Part shown: in pieces, positions 1-10,539 of the stretch
Layout of the letters: each line of letters opens with the position of its first letter
How positions within the stretch are numbered: position 1 is the first letter of the stretch
DNA from: Myxococcota bacterium
GTDB taxonomy: Bacteria; Myxococcota_A; UBA9160; SZUA-336
Assembly: GCA_965247115.1 (NCBI GenBank)
Contig: CBDFGR010000002.1
Location: 1,376,001 to 1,440,000 of the forward strand
Reading direction: 5' to 3'
DNA: 64,000 nucleotides
The notes under the pieces: generated by a model
What the model was told of the DNA's origin: nothing
Databases searched by the model: none
What the model saw: the letters and a program-made list of their open reading frames with translations, nothing else
Program-made: the position numbers and the translations under genes

Positions 1-476
1 GCCTCGACGTCGCCGCGTACGATGCGGCCTGCGGGTCCCGTCGCCTGGATCCTGGCGAGATCGAGGCCGTGCTCCTCCGCTAGACGCTTGGCCGTGGGAG
101 ACGCCTTGATACGCCCGCCGGGCGCGGTCGTGGGGCGGGCAGCCACAGGCTTCGATCGCGGACCGCCCCCCGGTGCAGGGGCTGCGATCGGGGACTCCGT
201 GCGGGCTGCGCTCGGGGTTGGGAGGTCAGGCAACTCCTCGCCCTCTGCCAGCACATACGCGACCAAGGCGCCCGCCAGGACGGTAGCGTCCACTGGCTCG
301 ATCACGCGGACCGTGCCCGCGGTCTCGGAGTTCACCTCGGTGTCGATCTTCTCCGTCTCGAACGAGAAGAGCGGTTGGTCCGCCGCCACGCTGTCTCCGT
401 CCTGGACGAACCACTCTGTGATGGTGCCCTCGGTCATGGTGGCGCCCATCTTGGGCAGCAGGACTCGCTCCGCCAT
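1..476 (-). CDS. Dihydrolipoamide acyltransferase (E2, AcoC/PdhC-like), N-terminal part; truncated by window edge
   Basis: Manual translation from ATG 476: MAERVLLPKMGATMTEGTITEWFVQDGDSV...FETEKIDTEV (lipoyl domain), Pro/Ala linker, then ASPTAKRLAEEHGLDLARIQATGPAGRI (peripheral subunit-binding domain). Follows the E1 alpha/beta genes. Confidence 0.88.
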   Translation of the reverse strand, partial: MAERVLLPKMGATMTEGTITEWFVQDGDSVAADQPLFSFETEKIDTEVNSETAGTVRVIEPVDATVLAGALVAYVLAEGEELPDLPTPSAARTESPIAAPAPGGGPRSKPVAARPTTAPGGRIKASPTAKRLAEEHGLDLARIQATGPAGRIVRGDVE

Positions 477-503
477 GCTCTGTCTCCCTCTGCTCCGAAC
501 CTT

Positions 504-1493
504 CTAGCGGAGAAATCCGCAGTCGCGTGCGGCCGCCAGGCAGCGTGCAATGTCGACGACTGGAGGCCCCGACCGTGAGACGGCGAGTGTCGCGCGCTCG
601 TCCGCTCTCAGACTGAGCTCGCGTTCCCCGTCCAGCGCTAACAGCGCCGGACCGCTGACCCGAATGCTATCACCAAACCGCAGCCGATGGACGCTCGCGA
701 GTGAGACCCGGCGGATCATCCCCGGGGCAATGGCGGCCGAGACGACGCGCTCGCCCTCCCCGATCTTCAAGTGGAGCCCGCAGTCGTCTTCCGCCGTCAC
801 CGAGGTCACCATGCCGCCGACGGCAGACATGCCGATCGCGTCGGGTTGTGCCCGTGTCAGGACGACCTCGCGCACGTCCTCCACGTTCCAGATGGCGCGG
901 GCGCCGACGAAACGGCCCTCCATCACGACGGCGTCGATCAACGCTACCTCCCGGCGCCCACCGTCGAGCTCGATCTCGATCCACTTGCAGCGCCGCGTGG
1001 CCTCGCTGGTGTCGACCTTCCCCGCTGCGATCGCTCCCGCCGCTAGTCCCGCGACGGTGGCCTCCACCATCACGGGGAATACGTTGTTGGTGCCGGTAGA
1101 GATGGGGACCAGCGGGACGTCGCTCGCGCCCTTGGCCAGCACCCGATTCGTGCCGTCGCCACCCAGGCTGACAATGACCCGCGCGCCGGCCGCCCTCATG
1201 GCGGCCGCGGCCGCTGTGGTGTCCTCCGCGCTGGCCCGCAGCGACGTGCCCACCGGCAGCACTTCGGCCTTTAGGTCCAGCCCCTCGAGTGCGCGCGGGA
1301 CGATCTGCGCGCGGTCGACCATGTACAGGATGCGTGGAACGGACGCCGCTTCGAGGGCCAGGACCACGCGCCGCACGATGTTGATCTTCTCTGCGGTGTC
1401 GAAGACGGACGCGTGCGCGACCAGGCGACGGATGTCCTTGCCCGAGGCAGGATTCGCGATGATCCCGGCCTGGGCCACCGTCGCTCTTTCCAT
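504..1493 (-). CDS. acoX: AcoX-like ATP-NAD kinase family protein
   Basis: GIIANPASGKDIRRLVA, SLGGDGTNR and STGTNNVFP motifs; lies within an acoABC-like cluster. Confidence 0.8.
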   Translation of the reverse strand: MERATVAQAGIIANPASGKDIRRLVAHASVFDTAEKINIVRRVVLALEAASVPRILYMVDRAQIVPRALEGLDLKAEVLPVGTSLRASAEDTTAAAAAMRAAGARVIVSLGGDGTNRVLAKGASDVPLVPISTGTNNVFPVMVEATVAGLAAGAIAAGKVDTSEATRRCKWIEIELDGGRREVALIDAVVMEGRFVGARAIWNVEDVREVVLTRAQPDAIGMSAVGGMVTSVTAEDDCGLHLKIGEGERVVSAAIAPGMIRRVSLASVHRLRFGDSIRVSGPALLALDGERELSLRADERATLAVSRSGPPVVDIARCLAAARDCGFLR

Positions 1494-1516
1494 CGTGTCC
1501 CTCGAACGAGCTGCCG

Positions 1517-2485
1517 CTACGCCAGGATCTCCTCGACGGCGGTGATGACCTCTGCTTTGCCCGGCAGCCAGGCTTGCTCCAGGATGGGGCTGAAAGGGAC
1601 GGGACTGAAAGGAGCCCCCACGCGCTTGACCGGCGCGTCCAGGTAGTCGAAGGCCCGCTCCTGAATCGACGCCGCGATCTCCGCACCCAGACCGCAGAAA
1701 TTCACCGCTTCCTGCACGACGACGGCGCGGCTTGTCTTCTGCACGGACTCCACGATCGTATCCATGTCGAGTGGCGAGAGCGTCCGTGGGTCGATGATCT
1801 CGACACTGATACCGCGCTCGGACAGCTCTTCCGCAGCGTCGAGAGCGTCCTTCACCAGCCAGCCCGTCGCGATCACTGTCACGTCGGTGCCTTCACGCTT
1901 GACGTCGGCAACGCCGAGCGGGACGACGTAGGGCTCGTCCGGCACCTCTGCGCGCAGCCGGCCGATACGCTTGTTCTCGATGAAGATGACGGGATTGTCC
2001 TCGCGGATCGACGCGATCAGCAGGCCCTTCGCATCGTACGGTCCGGAGGGCATCACCACCTTGAGCCCGGGAATGTGGCAGAACCACGCCTCGAGGCTCT
2101 GGCTGTGCTGCGCGGCCATGCTGAGCCCGGCCCCCGCGGCGGTGCGCACAACGATCGGAAGCTTCGCCTTGCCGCCGAACATGTACTTCATCTTGGCCAT
2201 CTGGTTCAGGACCTGGTCCCCGCACACGCCCATGAAGTCGATGAACATGATCTCGACGATGGGACGCAGACCCGCTGCCGCAGCTCCCACGGCCATCCCC
2301 GCGATTCCGGCCTCCGAGATCGGCGTGGGGATCACGCGCTCCGGTCCGAACTTCTCCATCAGTCCGCGAGACGCGCCGAAGATGCCGACGTGAACGTCGA
2401 TGCCGGCAATAAACACGTCGGGATCGCGGTCCATCTCCTGCACGTGGGCTTCAGACAGCGCCTGGCCCGTGTTCTTTACCGACAT
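1517..2485 (-). CDS. TPP-dependent dehydrogenase E1 beta subunit (AcoB/PdhB-like)
   Basis: TPISEAGIAGMAVGAA, EIMFIDF, AAQHSQSLEAWF, IDPRTLSPLD. ATG at 2485 overlaps the alpha-subunit stop (TGATG). Confidence 0.93.
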   Translation of the reverse strand: MSVKNTGQALSEAHVQEMDRDPDVFIAGIDVHVGIFGASRGLMEKFGPERVIPTPISEAGIAGMAVGAAAAGLRPIVEIMFIDFMGVCGDQVLNQMAKMKYMFGGKAKLPIVVRTAAGAGLSMAAQHSQSLEAWFCHIPGLKVVMPSGPYDAKGLLIASIREDNPVIFIENKRIGRLRAEVPDEPYVVPLGVADVKREGTDVTVIATGWLVKDALDAAEELSERGISVEIIDPRTLSPLDMDTIVESVQKTSRAVVVQEAVNFCGLGAEIAASIQERAFDYLDAPVKRVGAPFSPVPFSPILEQAWLPGKAEVITAVEEILA

Positions 2486-3462
2486 CAGACCGTGGCCTCC
2501 GTATAGACGTCTTCGAGCAGAGAGCTCGGGTCCGGGTCCGGGCTCTCCTCGGCGAAACGGACGGCCTCGTCCATCTCCGCCTTGATCCGGGCGACGATCG
2601 CGTCGGCCCCCTCTTCGCTGAGCGTCCCGTGCTCCGCGAGCTGCTTGCGCAGGCCGAGGATCGGGTCGCGAGCGCGCCAGATCTTCTCTTCCTCCTCGGA
2701 TCGCCCTGCTTCCATGCCCAGACGCACGCCGCTGTGTTCGTAGTAGCGGTAGGTCTTGCACTCGAGCAGGGTCGGACCCTCGCCACGGCGGGCGCGCGCG
2801 ACAGCCTCGGCGGTCGCCTCGTACACGGCGACGACGTCCATGCCGTCGACGATGAACCCTGGCATGGCGTAGCCCGGTGCGCGGTCCACGATGTCTTCGA
2901 TAGCCTGGTGGTCCTTCTGCGCAGTGAGCTCGCCGTACAGGTTGTTCTCCGCGACAAAGACCAGCGGGACCTTGAAGAGCGAGGCCATGTTCGCGGCCTC
3001 GTGAAAGGCGCCCTCGTTGGAAGCTCCATCGCCGAAGAAGCACGCCGCCACGTTGCCGTCCTTTCGGTACTTCGCGGCAAAGGCCGCGCCTAGCGCGATC
3101 GGTGCACCGCCGCCGACGATGCCGTTCGCACCGAGCATGCCGATGTCGAGGTCGGCAATGTGCATGGAGCCTCCCTTCCCCTTGCAGTAGCCGGTGGACT
3201 TTGCGAAGAGCTCCGCGAACATCCGCTTGGGGTCACCGCCCTTCGCGAGCACGTGCCCGTGCCCGCGGTGGGTCGACGTGATGTAGTCGCTGTCCGTCAG
3301 GTTTGCGCAGACACCGACCGCGACTGCCTCCTCGCCCACGTACAGGTGGACGAGCCCAGGCAGACGGTTCTCGCGGTGCAGCTCGCCTGTCTTCTCCTCG
3401 AACTCGCGGATCAGCACCATCCGCTCGTACAGCTCGATCAGCTTCTCGTCGGGAATGTCCAT
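2485..3462 (-). CDS. TPP-dependent dehydrogenase E1 alpha subunit (AcoA/PdhA-like)
   Basis: HLYVGEEA, STHRGHGH, GKGGSMH, TPP motif GDGASNEGAFHEAAN. Start chosen at ATG 3462. Confidence 0.93.
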   Translation of the reverse strand: MDIPDEKLIELYERMVLIREFEEKTGELHRENRLPGLVHLYVGEEAVAVGVCANLTDSDYITSTHRGHGHVLAKGGDPKRMFAELFAKSTGYCKGKGGSMHIADLDIGMLGANGIVGGGAPIALGAAFAAKYRKDGNVAACFFGDGASNEGAFHEAANMASLFKVPLVFVAENNLYGELTAQKDHQAIEDIVDRAPGYAMPGFIVDGMDVVAVYEATAEAVARARRGEGPTLLECKTYRYYEHSGVRLGMEAGRSEEEEKIWRARDPILGLRKQLAEHGTLSEEGADAIVARIKAEMDEAVRFAEESPDPDPSSLLEDVYTEATV

Positions 3463-3490
3463 CTCTACTGTCTCCCTTCGCTGGGCCTGG

Positions 3491-4585
3491 CTAGGCTGCC
3501 CAGCCCTGCAGCTCGGCCGCCCGCGCACGCAGGACCTCGGGTCCTCCGAGCAGCTGACGATCGAGGCCAATGCGCTTGAACCAGAGGTGCAGGTTCTGCT
3601 CGTCGGTGAACCCGATGCCCCCGTGCACCTTGGTCGAGGTCGTCGCAATGAACGACCCGACTTCCGAAAGGTGCGCCTTGCTGTGTGCGATCGCGAAGGG
3701 CGCCTCGTCCGGCATCTCTGCCAGCGCGTGCGCCGCGAACCAGAAGAGAGAGCGAGCCGGCTCGAGCTCCGAGGCCATCTCCGCGCACATGTGCTTGACC
3801 GCCTGGAACGACCCGATCACGCGCCCGAACTGCGTGCGCTGCAGTGAGTATTCGACGGCCTGGTTGAGCATCGCCTCGCAGGCCCCGACCATGTCGCCTG
3901 TCAGGATCACGCGACCTGCATCGAGCATCCGCTCGATCGCAGCACCGGCCCGCCCGGGCTCGCCGAGCAGCTCGTCGGGAGAGACGCCGTCGAAGACGAC
4001 CTCAGCGAGCTGGCGCGTCCCATCGATGGTCGAAAGACCCTCGACCGCAACGCCGCGAGCATCGGTCCGCACGAGCGCGAGATCGGCGCCCGCCGTGCTC
4101 ACCAGGATCACGTCCGCGCCGGGCAGGTCGATCGCCATCAGCGCCTTGCCCTGCAGTCGGCCGCTCTCGAACCGCACCGCCGCGCCCTCCCGACGCGAGA
4201 AGACTTCCGTAGTGGCGACTCCAACACGCACGTCTCCAGTAGCGATGCGGGGCAGCCACTCCCGCTGCGTCTCCGGCGTGCCCGCTTCGAGCAGGGCGAC
4301 CGGCGCCAGTACCGCACTGCCGAGGAAGGGCGCCGGTGTGACGCGCCGCCCCATCACCTGCGCAATCAGCGCGGCGTCGAGGAAGGTCAGCCCGCTTCCC
4401 CCGTGCTCCTCCGGGATGAGCACGCCCGCGGCGCCGAGCTTCGCGAGCTCGGACCAGAGCACGGCGATCTCACTCGGATCTCCCTTCAGGAGCTCGCGCA
4501 CGCGCGGGACGGGAACATTCTCGTCGAGATAGCCGTCGAACGTCGACTCCAGCAGGCGCTGCTCGTCGGACAGCGAAAAGTCCAT
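3491..4585 (-). CDS. Acyl-CoA dehydrogenase family protein (short partner-type subunit)
   Basis: MDFSLSDEQ start, IPEEHGGSG, RTQFGRVIGSFQAVKH, HGGIGFT. Lacks the SEPxxGSD motif; translationally coupled to the upstream ACAD. Confidence 0.9.
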   Translation of the reverse strand: MDFSLSDEQRLLESTFDGYLDENVPVPRVRELLKGDPSEIAVLWSELAKLGAAGVLIPEEHGGSGLTFLDAALIAQVMGRRVTPAPFLGSAVLAPVALLEAGTPETQREWLPRIATGDVRVGVATTEVFSRREGAAVRFESGRLQGKALMAIDLPGADVILVSTAGADLALVRTDARGVAVEGLSTIDGTRQLAEVVFDGVSPDELLGEPGRAGAAIERMLDAGRVILTGDMVGACEAMLNQAVEYSLQRTQFGRVIGSFQAVKHMCAEMASELEPARSLFWFAAHALAEMPDEAPFAIAHSKAHLSEVGSFIATTSTKVHGGIGFTDEQNLHLWFKRIGLDRQLLGGPEVLRARAAELQGWAA

Positions 4586-5793
4586 CAGTGCTTCTCCGCG
4601 CCGACCTTCGGCTCTCGGGGCATACCGAGACCGCGCTCGGAGATGATGTTCTTCTGGATCTGCTCGGTTCCCCCGCCGATGATCAGCCCCACGGTGAACA
4701 TGTACTGGAACTGCCAGATCCCTCCGTCCCGCTCGTACTTTGACTTGTTGTAGAGCGCACCAAGCTCTCCCATGACGTCCAGGGCAAGGGCCGCAATGTC
4801 GTGGTTGAGCTGGCAGCCCTGGAGCTTGACGACGAGACCGGCGACGCCGGGTGGCTCCTCGCGCAGGGTGCAGGTCAGGAGCCGCATGGAGTGGTACTTC
4901 ATCGTCAGCGTGCGGGCCTGCACGCGGAGCAGACGATCGCGGAACACGGGACTGTCGATAGCCCGCACGCCGTTGCGGGTCTCCTTCTGCATGAGCGCGA
5001 TCAGCGAGCGCAGCAGGGATTCCGTCTGCGTCGCGCTGCCGAGTGAGTTGCGCTCGTGCTTGAGCGTGGTGTTCGCGATCTTCCAGCCCTCGCCACGGGC
5101 GCCCACCACGTTCGACTTGGGCACGCGCACGTCCGTGAAGAAGACCTGATTGAACTCGGCCGCGCCAGTCATGGTGCGCAGCGGGCTCACTTCGATTCCC
5201 GGCGTGTCCATCTTGAGCAGGATGTAGCTGATCCCCCCGTGCTTCGACTCGTTGGGCTCCGTGCGGACGAGGACGAAGATCCAGTCGGCCATGTGGGCCA
5301 GGCTCGTCCAGATCTTCTGGCCATTGATCAGGAAGTCGTCGCCGTCCTCTTTTGCCGAGGTTTGCAGGCTGGCCAGGTCGCTTCCCGAGCCAGGCTCGGA
5401 GTAGCCCTGGCACCAGGCCTCCTCACCCGTGAGTGCTGGGCGGATGAAGCGGAGCCTCTGCTCCTCGGTGCCGTGCTCGAGCAAGGTTGGCGTGAGATAG
5501 GTGACGCCCATTCCCCCGTGACCCGCCTGGATGCCGGCCTCAGAGAACTCCTCGTCGAGGATGATGGTTTTGAGCAGATCGGGCTCACCGCCGTGCCCGC
5601 CGTACTTCGAGGGAACCGTCCGCGCGTGGTAGCCGCGCCCGATCAGGAGCTTCTGCCACGCCGTTTGCTGAGGGCCCGGTCGACCCGCTCCCATGCGCCT
5701 CTGGCGCTTTGGGGCACGGTCTGTGTGTGCCTCGAGAAACTCCCGTACCTCGGCGCGAAAGAACTCGTATTCCTTGCCGTAGCTCAGCTCCAC
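4585..5793 (-). CDS. Acyl-CoA dehydrogenase family protein (catalytic-type subunit)
   Basis: WCQGYSEPGSGSDLASL, INGQKIWTS, FNQVFFTDVRVP, IGGGTEQIQKNII. Confidence 0.93.
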   Translation of the reverse strand: MELSYGKEYEFFRAEVREFLEAHTDRAPKRQRRMGAGRPGPQQTAWQKLLIGRGYHARTVPSKYGGHGGEPDLLKTIILDEEFSEAGIQAGHGGMGVTYLTPTLLEHGTEEQRLRFIRPALTGEEAWCQGYSEPGSGSDLASLQTSAKEDGDDFLINGQKIWTSLAHMADWIFVLVRTEPNESKHGGISYILLKMDTPGIEVSPLRTMTGAAEFNQVFFTDVRVPKSNVVGARGEGWKIANTTLKHERNSLGSATQTESLLRSLIALMQKETRNGVRAIDSPVFRDRLLRVQARTLTMKYHSMRLLTCTLREEPPGVAGLVVKLQGCQLNHDIAALALDVMGELGALYNKSKYERDGGIWQFQYMFTVGLIIGGGTEQIQKNIISERGLGMPREPKVGAEKH

Positions 5794-5959
5794 AGGGCGT
5801 CCTCCCGGCCAAGTACTTGCCGGCTGGAGAGTGGGGGACCTGGCTCGAAGTCTATACCGGCCGGGAATCCCGTTTCCAGCGGCCCCACCGACCTGCCCCT
5901 GAACGGACCTCGATCACTCTACAATGGGATCCTGCGTTCCGAGCAGAGGAGGACAGCTC

Positions 5960-7042
5960 ATGAAGTTCGGCGCTACGGTCGCTACCAAGATCGACGACTG
6001 GCAGCTCCTGCCCTACGTGGAGAGCCTGGGCTACGACAGCGGCTGGGTGCCAGACTCGCAGATGATCTGGTCGGACTGCTACGCTGTGCTCGCCCTTGCA
6101 GCCGAGCACACCTCGACCCTACGCCTGGGGACCGGGGTCGCCATAGCGGGAACGCGGCCTGCCCCGGTCACGGCTCACTCGATCGCGTCCATCAACCGGC
6201 TCGCCCCGGGCCGCGTATTTCTCGGCATCGGGACCGGGCATACGGCGGTGCGCGTGATGGGCTTCGATCCTGTCAAGCCGCGCGAGTTTCGCGAGCACCT
6301 GCGCGTGGTGCGCGGGCTCCTGCGCGGCGAGGAGGTCGAGTACACGCAAGGTGGCGAGACGCGTGAGATCCGCTTTTTGCACCGCGAGCTCGGCTTCATC
6401 GACGTGGAGCACGAGATCCCCATCTACGTCGCGGCGAACGGCCCGCTCGCGCTGCGCGCCGCGGGAGAGTTCGGCGATGGCCGGGTGTGTGCGGGGAACG
6501 AGCCGCCTGAGCGGGCTCGCGGCAGCATGGATCTCATTCGCGCGGGCGCAGCGCGCGGAGGGCGCGAGGTCGGGCCGGACTACCACGTTGCGGCGCTCAG
6601 CTACGCATGCGTGCTGGAGCCCGGCGAAAGCTCGAGCTCGGAGCGTGTGATCGACGAGGTCGGGTCGATGGTGAGCGCCACAATCCACTTCTGGTACGAG
6701 CTTTATCAGCTGTCGGGGAGCGCCGCGTTCGTGCCAGAGGTGTGCGCCCCCGAGTGGGAGCAGTATCTGGACTACGTGGCGAAGATGGAGACGCCGGAAC
6801 ACAAGCGCTACCAGCAGATTCACGAGGGCCACTGCACGTACCTGGTGCCGGCAGAGCGCCGCTTCGTGACTCCAAACATCATCCGCGCTTCCGGAGGGCT
6901 GGTCGGCGAGCCAGACGAGATCGTCCACACGCTGCATCAGGCCGAGAACGCGGGTCTGCGCGAGATCACGCTGCTACCACCAATGGCCAACGCTCGCAAA
7001 ATCTTCAAGGACTTCGCCGAGCAGGTGATCGAGCGCTACTGA
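5960..7042 (+). CDS. LLM-class (luciferase-like/Mer-like) flavin- or F420-dependent oxidoreductase
   Basis: GYDSGWVPDSQ, TSTLRLGTGV, LAPGRVFLGIGTG, PIYVAANGP. GAGGAGG RBS before ATG 5960. Confidence 0.88.
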   Translation: MKFGATVATKIDDWQLLPYVESLGYDSGWVPDSQMIWSDCYAVLALAAEHTSTLRLGTGVAIAGTRPAPVTAHSIASINRLAPGRVFLGIGTGHTAVRVMGFDPVKPREFREHLRVVRGLLRGEEVEYTQGGETREIRFLHRELGFIDVEHEIPIYVAANGPLALRAAGEFGDGRVCAGNEPPERARGSMDLIRAGAARGGREVGPDYHVAALSYACVLEPGESSSSERVIDEVGSMVSATIHFWYELYQLSGSAAFVPEVCAPEWEQYLDYVAKMETPEHKRYQQIHEGHCTYLVPAERRFVTPNIIRASGGLVGEPDEIVHTLHQAENAGLREITLLPPMANARKIFKDFAEQVIERY

Positions 7043-7074
7043 GGGGAGACTCTCCGCCCCTGTAGCTCCTACTC

Positions 7075-7149
7075 TGGTGCGGCGTGTGGGGGTCGAACCC
7101 ACGACCGACGGGTTAAAAGCCCGCTGCTCTACCACTGAGCTAACGCCGC
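7075..7149 (-). tRNA. tRNA-Lys (anticodon TTT)
   Basis: Reverse complement GCGGCGTTAGCTCAGTGGTAGAGCAGCGGGCTTTTAACCCGTCGGTCGTGGGTTCGACCCCCACACGCCGCACCA folds as a cloverleaf with encoded CCA. Confidence 0.96.
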
Positions 7150-7166
7150 AGGCCGAGGGTACCCGC

Positions 7167-7538
7167 TCAGGTGCGGCGTGCGAGCGAAGGCGGTGTGACG
7201 AAGGATCCGTCGGCGCCTGCCTTCAAGGTCTCGACGGATACGACGGCAGCTCGGTCGAGGGGTCCGTAGATGTGCGGGAAGAGCTCGGTACCTCCCTCGA
7301 GGTTCTCGTAGCGGATCTCCGCCTGGACTTGTTCCGGGGCTATCGTCAGCAGAACGAGATCCACGCGTCCTTGGAAGAGGAGGTTCGCGACGGGCAGTAC
7401 TTGCTGCGCGGTGGAGCAGTGGATGAAGCCCTCTGATCCGAGCGTGTCGCCCCTATAGTTCGGACCTGTCTGCTCCCACGCTTCTCTCGACGCCACGTGG
7501 AAGATCTCGGCCGCTTCGAGTGCCTGGGGTTGGGCCAT
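7167..7538 (-). CDS. DUF952 domain protein
   Basis: IFHV..REAWE, EGFIHCST, FPHIYGPL motifs. Start could be TTG 7559. Confidence 0.85.
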   Translation of the reverse strand: MAQPQALEAAEIFHVASREAWEQTGPNYRGDTLGSEGFIHCSTAQQVLPVANLLFQGRVDLVLLTIAPEQVQAEIRYENLEGGTELFPHIYGPLDRAAVVSVETLKAGADGSFVTPPSLARRT

Positions 7539-7617
7539 GCTCAGATCGTTGTCGATCAACCAGCGACGAGCAAGGAACTACTTTCGTTTTTTATTCGCTA
7601 CGGTCGGCGATTGCCGT

Positions 7618-8934
<1,317 letters not shown>

Positions 8935-10536
8935 TCAGGTCACCTTTTCGCCGAGATCGAGCAGCTGGGCGCTCTCGACGCCGTCGAGACGGCGCACAGC
9001 GTCGACCACCTCTTCGGAGGGGACGGGATCGACGCTGAGCAGCTGCATTGCCTTGCCTGTCTCCGGGTGCAGACCGAGCTGCATGCGGTTGATGTTGATG
9101 TGCGCATCGCCGAGCAGAGTTCCCAGTCTGCCGACGACGCCGGGTCGATCGATGTTGCGGACCAGGAAGGTCGGACCCTCCGGGATCGCTTCGAAGCGGA
9201 AGTCGTCCACGCGCACGACGCGCGGCTGCGTCCTGCCGAAGATCGTGCCGCTGATCAGGTGCTCGCCCTCTCGCGTGCGAACGCGCACGGTGAGCAGGCT
9301 CACAAAGTCCTCGGGGATCGCGGCCTTGGACTCGATCACGCGTATGCCGTGCTCCTGCGCAATGTGTGGCGCGTTGACGTAGTTGACCCTGTCACCGACC
9401 CAGGGCGTGAGGAGGCCCTTGAGGACGGCGATCGTAACGGCTTGCACGTTCTGCTCCGCGATCTGGCCCGCGTACTCCACGTCGATCTCCTGGATTCCGT
9501 CCCGACAAATCTGCCCCTGAAAAGAGCCGAGCTTCTCGCCGAGTGCGATGAACGGGCCGATCTCTTCCAGCTCCTCCGCCGACAGGGAAGGCAGGTTCAC
9601 CGCGTTGCGCACCGCTCCCCTCTTCAAGTAGTCCCGTACCTCCGTGGCGATGTCGATCGCTACGTTGACCTGAGCCTGCATGGTGGCGGCGCCGAGATGA
9701 GGCGTGAGAACGACGTCATCCCGCTGTAGCAGAGGATGATCGGGGGGAGGAGGCTCCGACTCGAACACATCGATGGCCGCGCCGGCCACCTTGCCGCTTT
9801 CGAGCGCGTCGACCAGCGCCGACTCGGAGACGATCCCGCCCCGCGCCGCGTTCACCAGCAGCACGCCGTCCTTCATCTTGGTGAATGCCTCCGCGTCGAC
9901 GAGCGCCGTGTTGTCGCGGGTCTTGGGCACGTGGACCGAGATGATGTCGGCCCGCCGGTACAGCTCGTCGAGATTCACGAGCTCGACGCCAAGGTGCTGG
10001 GCGCGCTCCTCGGAGACGAGGGGATCGACGGCGATCACGTGCATGCGCAGACCGCGGGCTCGATCGGCCACGATGGAGCCGATGTTCCCGAGGCCGATCA
10101 GGCCGAGCACCTGGTTGAACAGCTCCTTGCCGGAGAGCTCCGAGCGTTCCCACTTGCCCGCGCGAACGCTGGCCGTTGCCTGCGGAACGCGACGCGCAAG
10201 CGACGTCATGAGTGCGATCGCGTGCTCGGCCGTCGTGATTGCGTTTCCCTCGGGACTGTTCATCACGATCACGCCGCGCGCCGTCGCCGCGTTCAGGTCG
10301 ACGTTGTCGACCCCGATACCCGCGCGCCCAATGACACGCAGCTTGTTCGCAGCCTCGAGCAGGTCCGCTGTCACCTTGGTGCCACTGCGCACGATCAGGC
10401 CGTCGTAGTCCGGAATGATCCGGCGCAGCTCGTCGGCGTCGATACCGGGCCTGAGCTCGACCTGGATCCCGTCCTCGGCTTCGAGCACGGCGAGCCCCTC
10501 GTCGGAGAGCGTGTCCGAGACCAGCACGCGAAACAC
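8935..10536 (-). CDS. serA: D-3-phosphoglycerate dehydrogenase (long form with ASB/ACT domains)
   Basis: IGRAGIGVDNVD, GLGNIG, NAARGG, TPHLGA, C-terminal DRPGVVG ACT domain. Confidence 0.96.
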   Translation of the reverse strand: MFRVLVSDTLSDEGLAVLEAEDGIQVELRPGIDADELRRIIPDYDGLIVRSGTKVTADLLEAANKLRVIGRAGIGVDNVDLNAATARGVIVMNSPEGNAITTAEHAIALMTSLARRVPQATASVRAGKWERSELSGKELFNQVLGLIGLGNIGSIVADRARGLRMHVIAVDPLVSEERAQHLGVELVNLDELYRRADIISVHVPKTRDNTALVDAEAFTKMKDGVLLVNAARGGIVSESALVDALESGKVAGAAIDVFESEPPPPDHPLLQRDDVVLTPHLGAATMQAQVNVAIDIATEVRDYLKRGAVRNAVNLPSLSAEELEEIGPFIALGEKLGSFQGQICRDGIQEIDVEYAGQIAEQNVQAVTIAVLKGLLTPWVGDRVNYVNAPHIAQEHGIRVIESKAAIPEDFVSLLTVRVRTREGEHLISGTIFGRTQPRVVRVDDFRFEAIPEGPTFLVRNIDRPGVVGRLGTLLGDAHININRMQLGLHPETGKAMQLLSVDPVPSEEVVDAVRRLDGVESAQLLDLGEKVT

Positions 10537-10539
10537 GTC

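Noticed and set aside
1517..5413. Apparent N-terminal extensions in track ORFs (1517-3043, 2485-3648, 3491-5413; also 47284-49095, 57309-59168)
   Set aside because: Artefacts of taking the first available start; the real starts are coupled to upstream stops and the extensions overlap other genes.
1..7075. Genomic island integrated at tRNA-Lys
   Set aside because: No integrase, no duplicated tRNA 3' end seen, and composition resembles the core genes.
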